Shown here: in pieces, positions 12,672-23,937 of the stretch
Layout: every line of letters begins with the position of its first letter
Position numbering within the stretch: position 1 is the stretch's first letter
NCBI RefSeq assembly: GCF_006345805.1
Contig: NC_042999.1
Span: 171,430,001 to 171,494,000, forward strand
Source: Octopus sinensis
Taxonomy: Eukaryota
Reading direction: 5' to 3'
Length of the DNA stretch: 64,000 bases
Program-made: the position numbers and the translations under genes
Notes under the pieces: model-generated
Told to the model about the DNA's origin: nothing
Databases searched by the model: none
The model's input: only the letters and a program-made list of their open reading frames with translations

Positions 12672-13487
12672 CTTTGTACATATACATGCACACTCACCAT
12701 ACACGCATACACGCCTATGTGTTTTTCAGATATCTTGTAAAGAAGCCAAGTTGTTGTACATAAATTGATATTATTGGAAACACCATTATTTATATATGGG
12801 AGAAAGTAATGTGTCATCTGAAAATGTGCTTCGTAATAGATATGGATATACGAGTCATATCTTTAAAATTATTATATATATGAAACGAAGGATTCCCTAT
12901 GTGATCTTTATTTCGGCTCATATTGATTAAGAATGTTGAACATACTTTTTATATTTTTAATGCAAATAAACAAATATAAATCAACAGAAAGAAAACACAT
13001 TGATTTTCTTGTATAACATGTCTGCCATTGATGTGTTTGCTGGCGTTAATGCTCAACTTTTCCGAGGTTATTAGCTATGTAGCCTAACTAGTATATAGTT
13101 GTAACTAGTTTTCGCAAGAGCAACATAGTTTCACCTCAATCAGAGTTTCTTGTGTCTTTCTCTCAGCAATGAGTTAATACAATTTTCCTCAAATTACCGG
13201 TATTTCAATAAGCAATGATCATTTCGATGTTCAGAGCTGTAGAATGTTCCCCTTGTTTGAATAATATTACTTATGCTACACAGGTGAGAAAATAGTCCAA
13301 TCACATTCTATGTAAAAAAAAAAGGTGCATTAAACTGACTGGCGTTCAGAGCTTCATATCGTACCACGAACTCAGCGTTATATCGATATGTGACTTGCAA
13401 CTTTTCTTAATTACATTCAAGTATATACAGACACAACCAGTAAAAATTTCAACTTCGTTCATTCTGTCTCTCTCACTATCTGTGACG

Positions 13488-13630
<143 letters not shown>

Positions 13631-13843
13631 GTATATCAGAAGTAGAAAGACAACCGACAACTGATGAAGGGTCCAATTTTCTGTGTTAACTCGTCCTGTT
13701 TTCCTTTTTTCTCGTTGCTTACGTATTTCATTCATTTTTGTCCTGTAATCACTGTCCACGTCTTGTATCCATCACTCTCACGTGTGTACGTTATTTACAC
13801 CATTGGTGACATCCTGTACCCATATATACATGTATATAAATAT

Positions 13844-16800
13844 CAGGGGCGTGCACTCTCAGCAATGCAAGGTATGCGCTGCATGCCTTCCTTGTTTCAA
13901 AGAAAATACGTCCAGTTGTTTTAGAAATATTGTCTCCACTTCGTACATCTGCTTTGATAAATGCTTTTAGAAGATCGCATGATACACACTCCCTCTCTGT
14001 CTGTATTAGTTTGTCCTTCCTTCCTCTCTCTCTCTCTCTCTATCTTAGTGACTCGATAAATTTATCGCTTGTCATGCGTTGGGAAGACAGCATGAGTCCC
14101 TTCTCTCTGTCTTTGATAGTTTGTCCCTTCTCCCTCTTTCTTTCTTTAAAAGATATACTACGAGGAATGGTCACCCCCTTCTCTCTCAGCGATTCGACAA
14201 ATTCAGTTTGGCGTGTCATGCTGTGCTTAGATCGCATATCACGCCTCTGGCTATTTTGACCGGAACACGAGCCGTCCCATAATTCTTGTTTTAGCCAGCT
14301 GAAATGTTGGAATAGCCTTCGCATGTAAGTTTGAAATTTTTTATCCAAAACATCCGTTTGCACTATCATATTTTTAGAAAGTTTTGAAAGCAAAAATATC
14401 TACATTATATTTCTTATTTCAGAAATAGCTAATTAATCTTAAATTAATTTAACAAAGGGTATTTTTCCGTTTTGTTGAAATTGACTTAAAATTTACGCCG
14501 GCGCTTCCACGTGGGTCCTTAAATAAGAGCAGCCTTTTTAAAAATGAGTGAAATGTGTGCTATAAACGATATTTTGAGAACTAGTTTTTCTAAAAGGGAC
14601 TTCGATGGGAAAAAATTAATTATAAATCGCGGGAGACCAACACCGAATTTACCTAATTTGCGAAGCTACAACAAGAAATTCACGAGACAATTTCAGGTTA
14701 ATTCGTATGAAAAGAAGAAATGGTTAACTGGAAGTGTTGCTCTTAATAAATTATTCTGTTGGCCGTGTTTAGTTTTTGGCTTAGAAAAAAATGTTTGGAA
14801 TGATAAAGGCTATGATGATTTAAATAATTTACATATGGCTATGCTAAAGCACGAGCGTTCTCAAAGGCATATAAAATGTTTGATAGACCTTAAAATATTC
14901 GGGAATGTTCGCATAGACTTACAATTAGATGCACGTAAAAATCAAAGCATACAACAGCATAATGAGAAAGTTCGACGAAACAGATCCATTCTGCAACGAT
15001 TGATCGATGTTGTTATTTTTTTAGGCCTCCAGGAATTATCGTTTCGGGGTCATTTTGAATCTGAAGGCTCTAATAATCGGGGAAATTATAAAGAACTCGT
15101 TTATTTGATCAGTAAGTATGACAAACAAATGGAAAGTCATTTAGATACAGCTTCTATCTTCACTGGTCTGTCGAACAGAATTCAAAATGACTTGATCGAA
15201 GCAATTCATAAAGTTATGTTGAATGAGATGCAGAAGGAAATTGACCAAGCTAAGTTTGTTTCTATTCTTGTTGATGAGACATCTGATGTCTCAGCATCTT
15301 CACAACTGTCAACAGTTTTACGTTATGTTACAGAAGACTGTGTGACGAAAGAACGATTTATCGGTTTTAGTGATGTTAGTGCAGATCGATCTGCAAATGC
15401 TTTATCTGAACATGTTTTTAAATGCATTGAGACGTGGGAATGTGGAAACAAATTGATTGCGCAGACATATGATGGTGCCGCTACAATGGCAGGACAACTA
15501 AATGGGTTACAGGCAAAAGTAAGAAAGAAATATGAATGTGCGATCTTTATTCATTGTTGTGCCCATATCCTAAATTTAGTTCTTTCACAATCATGCTCTG
15601 CTATGAAAGAATGCAAGATATTTTTTTCTACAATAAATGGACTCGGTACATTTTTTACGAAATCACCGAAAAGGACTAATGCATTAGATAATATTGTTAA
15701 AAAAAGATTTCCGAAAGCAACAGCAACTAGATGGAATTACTCCTCACGTCTTATTATTACCACAAAGGAAAATTATAATTTCATAATCAGCCTTTTTGAA
15801 CACATCATTGAAAATCCTGAAGCATGGGATGAGACCACCATAAATTCAGCAATTGGATTCTTACACATTTTAAAAGCTCCTGATTTCTTATTTTTGTTAG
15901 AGGTATTCAGTGACATTTTTTCTTTTACTGACGTCTTATTTAACATACTCCAGAGTAAAAGTCATGACATAGTGTATTGTAAACAGCAAATAGATAAAAC
16001 TAGAACTGTACTCGAAAACAAACTTGATAATTTTTCAGTCTTTTATGATAGGTTAGGGGAAAAATATGGAGTCGATGCAGGAATCGGAATTCAGAGATCC
16101 AAGAATATATCTATTGATCCCCAACGACATTATAGAACGCTTTATAACAAAATTATAAGTACAATAGTTGACCAAATAAAAGCACGATATTCATCCTTAG
16201 AAGAGTTTAAATTCATGGAACTTTTGAATTTCAACAAAGTTGATGAGTATTGCAAACAATTTCCTGTGGACTCTTTAGATTCTTTAAGAACAACTTATGG
16301 CAGATTTTTTGATGTAATACGATTACAAAGTGAGCTCAATGTGATGTATTCAATGAAAGATTTTAAAAAACCAAGTGTAAGTCATTTAATGAGTTACATT
16401 AACAGCACTGATCTTGTTGAAGCTATGCCAGAACTCTTCAATCTGTGCAAGTTGATTTTGACAATTCCGTCTACAACTGCTTCTGTAGAGCGATCCTTTT
16501 CTGCATTAAGTAGAATTAAAACATACCAAAGAAATGCGACAGGAGAAAGAAGACTGTCTGGGTTAGCACTAATGTCAATTGAAAAAGATTTATTACAAGA
16601 ATTGATGAAAAGAGAAGATTTCTATGAAAATGTGATAGATATATTTGCCCAGAAAGATCGAAGAATTGAATTAATTTATAAATGAGCTAAGTAACATTTT
16701 AAAACATTAAAAAAAATATATATTAAAGAGCATATATTACAGGTTTTGCTTAGTGTTTGTTATAACGTAAGGTTCGACCTTCTTACATCAGTATTGTTTC

Positions 16801-17640
16801 GCAGGAGAAATGTTTTGATTTCTTCGTGAAACCTACCTACATAGATTTCCCTTTCTGTGCTGCTGGGTGTAGTCTATTTACGGCCGTAAATAAGTGTTTT
16901 GTTTCACTTTCAATAAGTGTCTTGTTTCAATCTCAGAGATGTTGACTTCTGCCACAACAGTTTTGGGAGGCTTTTTACAATGTTGAATTTTCGCTGTCTT
17001 TCATTGTGTGCGTATTCATGTATATGCGTGTATTTTCAATGTATGTGCGTGAGACGTAGTCCTTTAATGTACGGAGTTCAGTAAGTCTCAGAACAGTCAA
17101 TAATTTTCCCGGAATTGACAAGTAGCATGATAAAGAACCTGACTTGTCTTCGAGAGCGTAACGATCTAAAACCATGGCCATATAATGTAACTAAATGTGT
17201 TCTTTTAATTAAATCATTTCATTCAGCTCAACCGATAGGTATAGGGGCTAATGCAGAATCGCACCCCTTTGAAAAACGAATTTATGTGAAAATTTTTTTT
17301 TGGATTCCTACCTTTAACAGAGATTCTGAATATGCAAAAATATTGACAGAATCCAATTTCATCTTTATTACATTTCACTTATGATTTTTAGACTTTTCTA
17401 AGGGAGAATGAGGATGGGAAAGTACTGACGTTTCGAAGAGCAAAGAATAATACAAACAATACACTTATTTCAGGATCATCTCTGCACAGCCATTTTTTAT
17501 TTCCTGTTTATTCTGCATATTCAGAATCTCTTATATGTAAATCGTAGGAATACGAAAATGTTTTACTGAAAAATTGCCGGTGGGAGGGGGGGGGCAATGA
17601 AATTAATTGCATGCCCAACGCCGGAAGTCACCGCACGCCA

Positions 17641-17643
<3 letters not shown>
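13844..17643 (+). mobile_element. Complete hAT DNA transposon (Tip100/ZMYM1-like group), 3.8 kb
   Basis: TIRs CAGGGGCGTGC (13844-13854) and GCACGCCACTG (17633-17643), 10/11 complementary. 8-bp flanks ATAAATAT (13836-13843) and ATATATAT (17644-17651), 7/8 identical. Intact transposase inside. Confidence 0.9.
14544..16685 (+). CDS. hAT transposase, 713 aa, uninterrupted (TTF-type zinc finger region, DUF4371-like core, hATC dimerisation domain)
   Basis: WL..S....LFCWPC..F and HERSQRH zinc-finger motifs; FRGH..SE...NRGNY. Catalytic D in ILVDETSD, D in QTYDGA, CxxH in HCCAH, W in TRWN, E in SVERSFS; RLSGLALMSIE in the dimerisation domain. Confidence 0.93.
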   Translation: MSEMCAINDILRTSFSKRDFDGKKLIINRGRPTPNLPNLRSYNKKFTRQFQVNSYEKKKWLTGSVALNKLFCWPCLVFGLEKNVWNDKGYDDLNNLHMAMLKHERSQRHIKCLIDLKIFGNVRIDLQLDARKNQSIQQHNEKVRRNRSILQRLIDVVIFLGLQELSFRGHFESEGSNNRGNYKELVYLISKYDKQMESHLDTASIFTGLSNRIQNDLIEAIHKVMLNEMQKEIDQAKFVSILVDETSDVSASSQLSTVLRYVTEDCVTKERFIGFSDVSADRSANALSEHVFKCIETWECGNKLIAQTYDGAATMAGQLNGLQAKVRKKYECAIFIHCCAHILNLVLSQSCSAMKECKIFFSTINGLGTFFTKSPKRTNALDNIVKKRFPKATATRWNYSSRLIITTKENYNFIISLFEHIIENPEAWDETTINSAIGFLHILKAPDFLFLLEVFSDIFSFTDVLFNILQSKSHDIVYCKQQIDKTRTVLENKLDNFSVFYDRLGEKYGVDAGIGIQRSKNISIDPQRHYRTLYNKIISTIVDQIKARYSSLEEFKFMELLNFNKVDEYCKQFPVDSLDSLRTTYGRFFDVIRLQSELNVMYSMKDFKKPSVSHLMSYINSTDLVEAMPELFNLCKLILTIPSTTASVERSFSALSRIKTYQRNATGERRLSGLALMSIEKDLLQELMKREDFYENVIDIFAQKDRRIELIYK

Positions 17644-17702
<59 letters not shown>
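17644..17702. repeat. (TA)n microsatellite abutting the right hAT TIR
   Basis: Directly visible. Confidence 0.95.
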
Positions 17703-17705
<3 letters not shown>

Positions 17706-18040
17706 AATTTAGGGTAGCAAAAAAAATCAATAGAAATTTATCGCAGTGGACGAATATATATATATATATATATGTATGTAAAATCCTTTCAAAATGTGTC
17801 TGTTAAGTACGCATTCCCAAACGGTTCAACAAATTCAAATCAAATTTCACAAGGTAACACTATGATACCCCAGTAATATTAATATATATTTTGGGGACGA
17901 AAACAATGTTCCATAGGAAATAATTTCGTATTACATCTCAAAATCCGAAGAATAAAAGTGATAACTTCGACGGGGTAACAGATATAAATAGTTTGAATAT
18001 TAGATTGTTTCACGTTTCGTAGTTTACCTATGTACATATA

Positions 18041-18422
18041 TACTCTTTACTCTTTTACTCTTTTACTCGTTTCAGTCATTTGCGGCCATGCTGGAGCACC
18101 CCCTTTAATCGAGCAACTCGACCCCGGGACTTATTCTTTGTAAGCCCAGTAATTATTCTATCGGTCTCCTTTTGCCGAACCGCTAAGTGACGGGGACATA
18201 AACACACCAGCATCGGATGTGAAGCAATGCTAGGGGGACAAACACAAACATACACGCACACACACATATACATATACATATATACGACAGGCTTCTTTCA
18301 GTTTCCGTCTACCAAATCCACTCACAAGGCATTGGTCGGCCCGAGGCTATAGTAGAAGACACTTGCCCGGAACCATGTGGTTGGTAAACAAGCTACTTAC
18401 CACACAGCCACTCCTGCGCCTA
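18041..18422 (-). mobile_element. SINE family 1 copy
   Basis: High similarity to 3862-4225, with a short deletion in the tRNA-like head. Confidence 0.85.
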
Positions 18423-18586
18423 TACTGATTTATACATACATACTTTATATATATATATGTGTGTGTGTGTGTGTATGTATCAGGAACATTAGACAAGGTA
18501 GAAGATGCTAAAAATAATCTTATCATGGAGAACATTTTAGTGCCGGTTTCAGCACGAAAAAAATATAGCAAAATTAAATCAACCTT

Positions 18587-18672
<86 letters not shown>

Positions 18673-19047
18673 AATATATATGTACATATATACATGTATA
18701 TGTATATATTTGTGTATATGCATGTATATATAAGTATATATATGCATATATATATATTCATGTATATATAAGTATGTATATATGTGTATTTATACATATA
18801 TATTTTTTTCTATATATATGTATATATGTATATATATATATATATGTATAGGAATATTTATAAATTTTTCCCAAATTTAATTTTTTTGCATACATACAGT
18901 TGAAAAAGTCTCAATGACCGAAACCAGTACTGAAATGTTTTTTATAAATTTTTTTTAGCATTTTCTACCTTGACTGTTTTTCCATATATATAGCCACTTG
19001 TGAGTGTATATATATACGTATGTATACCTATATATACACATATGTAC

Positions 19048-19160
19048 TCCCACCATCGCTTGATAAGCAATGTTGCTGTGTTTACGTCCCCGTAACTTAT
19101 CGGTTCGGCACAAGACACCGAGAGAATAAGTTCTTCGGTTACAAAGAATAAATTGTGGGC
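19048..19160 (+). mobile_element. SINE family 1, 3' fragment
   Basis: tgtttacgtccccgtaactta.cggttcggca..aga.accga.agaataag is the reverse complement of the family-1 body. Confidence 0.6.
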
Positions 19161-20044
19161 TTGGGGGTTTTATGTTTTGAAGCAGTTGCCCATAGATATT
19201 CTTCTTTCTGATATTTGGAGAGATATTGACATGTTAACTAGCACTAATCCATTCTATCTAAAAACAAAACAGTGAGTGCCAGATCTATTATGCTATGATG
19301 GGAATGTTCGCTAAACTATCTTTGAGCTATGTATGTGTTCCATAGCAGAAGCGTTGTTTTTATTCATTCTAGCTTGATCACATCTGCGGATGGCATTTTC
19401 TATTGCTTTAGCAATAACACCATATCGAGTTGGAGGTATTACTTAGATGAAGTTTTTGGGCCGTTATGAATACCTGCCTTCCATTCTCCACAGAAAAGTG
19501 ACATAATCAATGCTTGTGTTTGCATCTTCGGACTTTAAGGGCTTAAAGATGTGATATGCGTAGAAGTTATGTATTGTTAAGTAGTTACACTTATTAATGT
19601 TTCCATTCTTTTCAAGTTTATCGTAAACCAGTACGTACATATTTTGTGGCACTGCTTCAGGAAATAGCTAATAAAACACCTACAGACATTTCATGTTCAT
19701 CCTCCGCTCGTACGATGTTTTCACATCCGTTGCCTAAAGCGAGAACTTTTATCAACGGCAAACAACAGAGAAAACAGTTTTTTGTCGATCATTTATGCCC
19801 CAAACATATTTGAACTGATCTCAACGTTTGGTTACGCACAATAATGATTTCCTATCATGTGTCTACAATATTATTCTGTTCTAGCCTAGGTCACCGCAGC
19901 ACGTACTCAGTTACTATTTTAATACTGATCCACTATATGTTAGCAACGACATAATAACAGTTTTGCAAACGCAGAAAACACCAGCGGCTTTGAAATCCAT
20001 TTCATCTAATATGTTTATATATATGTGTGTGTGTTTTTGTGTGT

Positions 20045-20084
<40 letters not shown>

Positions 20085-20614
20085 ATACACGCATGTATGT
20101 GTGTTTGTATAGGCGTGTTTGCGCGCACAAGTGTGAAAATAAATGTCTGTGTGTGTATATATATATATACGTACAGTACATGAACATTAAAATTTGCAAT
20201 AACTATCAACAAGAGGACGTGCACAAAGAATGATGTTCAGTGAAACAGAGTGTTCTCAACGTTTCGATCATAGTTCTTTCTCGGAAAGGAAATAATTAGC
20301 CACATGTGGACATGATCCGTGAAATTTTCGGATCATGTCTAAATGTGGGTAAATATATGTTATGTTTTTGGTCCTCCCGAGATCACAGATAGAACTTGCT
20401 TTTTATATAGCGTCCACGTACAAGCTATTTGTCTCTCTATACTTTTTACTTATATTTCTTATATATTTTTTACATATTTTTTACATATTTATAGAAATAT
20501 ATTTTATAATATTTTTGTTGCTCATATATTTGTTACACATTTTTTCTGTTTTTTACCTTGCACACTGCAATTTTTCTTCTATATAAGTATATATATATAT
20601 ACATATGTATGTAT

Positions 20615-20696
<82 letters not shown>

Positions 20697-20724
20697 TTAG
20701 AGACAAAACCACTATTTTGCAAAA

Positions 20725-21140
20725 CATATAAACTTAGATAAACTTAGATATGTTTCGACCAAAGATTGGTCCAGGCCATGTCTAACTTAATAGCACCACC
20801 TGATAGGAATATTCGAATCCTGTTTAAGTCAAGTTTTGTTCAAGTAGTGAGTTCTTGTTGGGTGAGTTGTATCCAATTATGGGTGGCTTATCTGGTATTC
20901 TTTGAAGGAATCTATCCAGACTCCGTTTAAAGTTGATGGGATCCTTTTCCTCTTTGATCTCCCTCGGGACAATGTTAAATAGGGCAGGGCCTGTTGAGGA
21001 AAAGAAATTATGTTGCAGTGTACATGTATGTTGTGATCTTGAATTGGGCAGGGGATGTATGGCCCGTGGTCCCAGTCTTGGATGAACCTTGAAGCTAATG
21101 TTAAGGTGTTTGGGCAAAGTTGGCGGTATATTCTCCACAT
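20725..21140 (-). mobile_element. 3' end of a CR1/L2/Jockey-group LINE, 5'-truncated
   Basis: Minus ORF ..FFSSTGPALFNIVPREIKEEKDPINFKRSLDRFLQRIPDKP..GY...KNSLLEQ is a typical LINE C-terminus. It is followed by a 3' stem-loop (GACCA..TGGTC) and a tandem TCTAAGTTTA tail. Confidence 0.7.
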
Positions 21141-22140
21141 CGTACAAATATATATATATATACATATACATACATATATATATATATGCGTGTGTATGTG
21201 GACGTGTGTGTGTGTGTGCATGCTTGTGTATATGTATGGATACATACATATATTTCCCGATCTCGAAATGTACAGATGCTTTTTCTCAAGCTTGCCGTGT
21301 GTCTATCTTTTATCTTGTATCATTCAACTCTTTAATGTTTTGCTTATTTTAAGCACACTGTATCGTATCGACAGATAATCCTCAGTAAACACTATTTCTA
21401 TTAAGAAATATATACTGTAACGTAAACAAATATCATTGTGATTTCCACACAATACTCTACAAAACAAATATTTTGTTCAGAATTTGTATATAATTTCCTC
21501 TTTTGTTTTTTGCACAAACTAAGCAAATTCCACCGGAATACGACTGCTAATTTCAGCCTGATTACAAATCTAACATTATAAACCCAGATTGATAAACCTT
21601 CAGAGACGGATTACAAGAACCAAAAACAAAAACAACAACAACAGTAGAAGAGGTAAATAATTCCACAATACCAACACATGTCCGCAATAGTAGCAACTGG
21701 TCTGACACTGAAATCGATGCTGTTGTTTATGCATAGTTCATGTTCTCTCAAAATGAGAATAACAACGCCTCATGTATACATCTCATGACCAAAAATGTTG
21801 TTCAAATTTTTAATAATTGCCAAGCGAGGCAAATTCAAAACAAAAGCTCAGGCAAATGATTACTTCATATTGAATTATAAATAACCACGTGGGTAGGCTC
21901 GCTAAAATCTTTCAAGCAGTCACAGCCCGCGATGAGCAGCAGCAACAAAAGCAGCAACAACCACAACTAACACATCAACAATGAAAACAACGATGGCCAA
22001 CTAAAAATAACACAACAGAAACAACAGCCACAATGACAACTGCAACAACAATGTTCTCTCAGTCATATCATAAGATACCATCTTCTTCTACTACCACTAT
22101 AACTACAACTTCCTCCTCCTCCTAATAATCATCATCATCA

Positions 22141-22200
22141 TTTTCTTCTTCTTCTTCTTCTTCTTCTTCTTCTTCTTCTTCTTCTTCTTCTTCTTCTTCT
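22141..22200. repeat. (CTT)n microsatellite
   Basis: Directly visible. Confidence 0.95.
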
Positions 22201-23329
22201 CTTGCTTCTGCTCCTTCTACTGCTATGACTTCTGTCACTGGCCAGCCTTAACCACAACCCACTACGTCTGCCTTTGACTAATCTCAATCATTCCTTTCTC
22301 TCCCTTACCTATCGTTGCTGCTTCAAAATCAACACAACCAAACCCAGCTACTTCTGTTATCATTACCATAACAAAACCAAAATCCTCCCTCCCCAATCAC
22401 AACTCTAGACCTAAAACATTTTAGAAACCACTACCTCCTACAATTTTTACAACGAAATCCAAAATATATAGCATCATTCTTTGCGTGTGTGACTGTATAC
22501 ATACTTTGACAGAAATTTCATTCAACTACCATTCAAATTGAAGAATTTGAAATGTAGTAGCCAAAGAGAAATGGTCCAGTAGCTCCATACATAGTGATTC
22601 TGCTTCAACAGCAGCAGCAGCACCAAAATAAACAATTGTAACACTAAAATCTGTTGCTATTCTCATCACTGGTCTCATGTCTACGGTAAGATTGCATGAA
22701 GAAACATCTCTCCGGACTCAGCGTACCATCAAACAGAACACGTCTTGATATTACCAAAATCTCAGAAGAAACACAACCTTTTGTAGCAGTATCGGAATGT
22801 CCTTTTCCACAACTCAGGTACTAGGAAAGCACACAGAGGGAACAAAAACAAAAGCAAATTCAATCCCGTCGCGAAGCTTTTCACCAACCCTGGAAACAGA
22901 ACATTCAGTAGTAAGACTAGCAGATCAAACAACAGAGAAAACTGTCAATGTAACCATTACTCAGCCGCCAAATTCTCCTTAGCTGGGTAAATTCTTTTAT
23001 ATCTACGGGGAACCTAGTAAAAGAGATTCAGAAAAAGAAAAAAACATGTGAGCTATCTCACAGCACCATCTCCCTATACCTACCCCAGTGCAGACACTAC
23101 CCTCCTCGCTGCCAATAAGCTGTAGGTCACTTTCGAGCGATGCACCAATCCCGCCATCAATTCAAAAGATGAAAGATTTAATTCAGTGAAGACTTGAATA
23201 GCAACCACACTTAACGCATTTCTTTCGTTATTCTTACTGAGATACACCTTAACAATTCTCTTTTGGAAGCCGTAGTAAAAGCGGGAAATTATTTCATCAT
23301 TCGCGCATAATGCAACTCTAGAAGAAAGG

Positions 23330-23646
23330 GTAGAGTTATTATTTTCCAACCAAAGTGCAAATATATAGGAAACTACCACCTGTGTCATCTCTTGTGAAAG
23401 GTAAGAGAGTCCAGTTTGCTGGACATTGTTGTAGAGCTGAAAAAGAGGTAATTTCAACTCTTCTCCTCTGGAAGCCATCTACTCGCAATACCAGAGGGCG
23501 CACACTCTCCTACCCTGATGTAATCTCCAGGGATACAGACATCCAGCAACATGACCTCCGTAATGCCATGATGGACCGTGAAGTCTGGCGTAGCATGGTA
23601 AATTCCATTGTCTCGACCACGGTCGAACAATGATGATGATGATGAC
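23330..23646 (+). mobile_element. 3' end of an RTE/RTEX-type LINE with (TGA)n tail
   Basis: QIYRKLPPVS..VKGKRVQFAGHCCRA..LLLWKP..RGR..Y.D.I.RDT..LRNAMMDREVWR, then stop and TGATGATGATGA. Confidence 0.75.
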
Positions 23647-23844
23647 AGGTCACCCAGTCGCCACTACTGTATTTCAAAGAATGCTTTATTAATATTAAAT
23701 CTTTCATAATAAGTTTTTACTCCAATGCGATATGGTGCCCAATGAAGGACTAATATGGTATATCATCCAATATCTTTTCCATGACATATCTAATTAAATT
23801 ATATATGACGTGAGGAAATTTTCGCCGAAACCTATTTAAGTATA

Positions 23845-23902
23845 CATACATACATACGTACATACATACATACATACATACATACATACATACATACATA
23901 CA

Positions 23903-23935
<33 letters not shown>
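23845..23935. repeat. (CATA)n microsatellite
   Basis: Directly visible. Confidence 0.95.

Positions 23936-23937
<2 letters not shown>

Noticed and set aside
19180-19980. Possible Helitron or other transposase remnant
   Set aside because: Only vague word-level resemblance with no diagnostic motif.
20752-20790. Hammerhead-like GACC..GGTC-GAAAC on the minus strand
   Set aside because: No CUGANGA core; better explained as the 3' stem-loop of the adjacent LINE.
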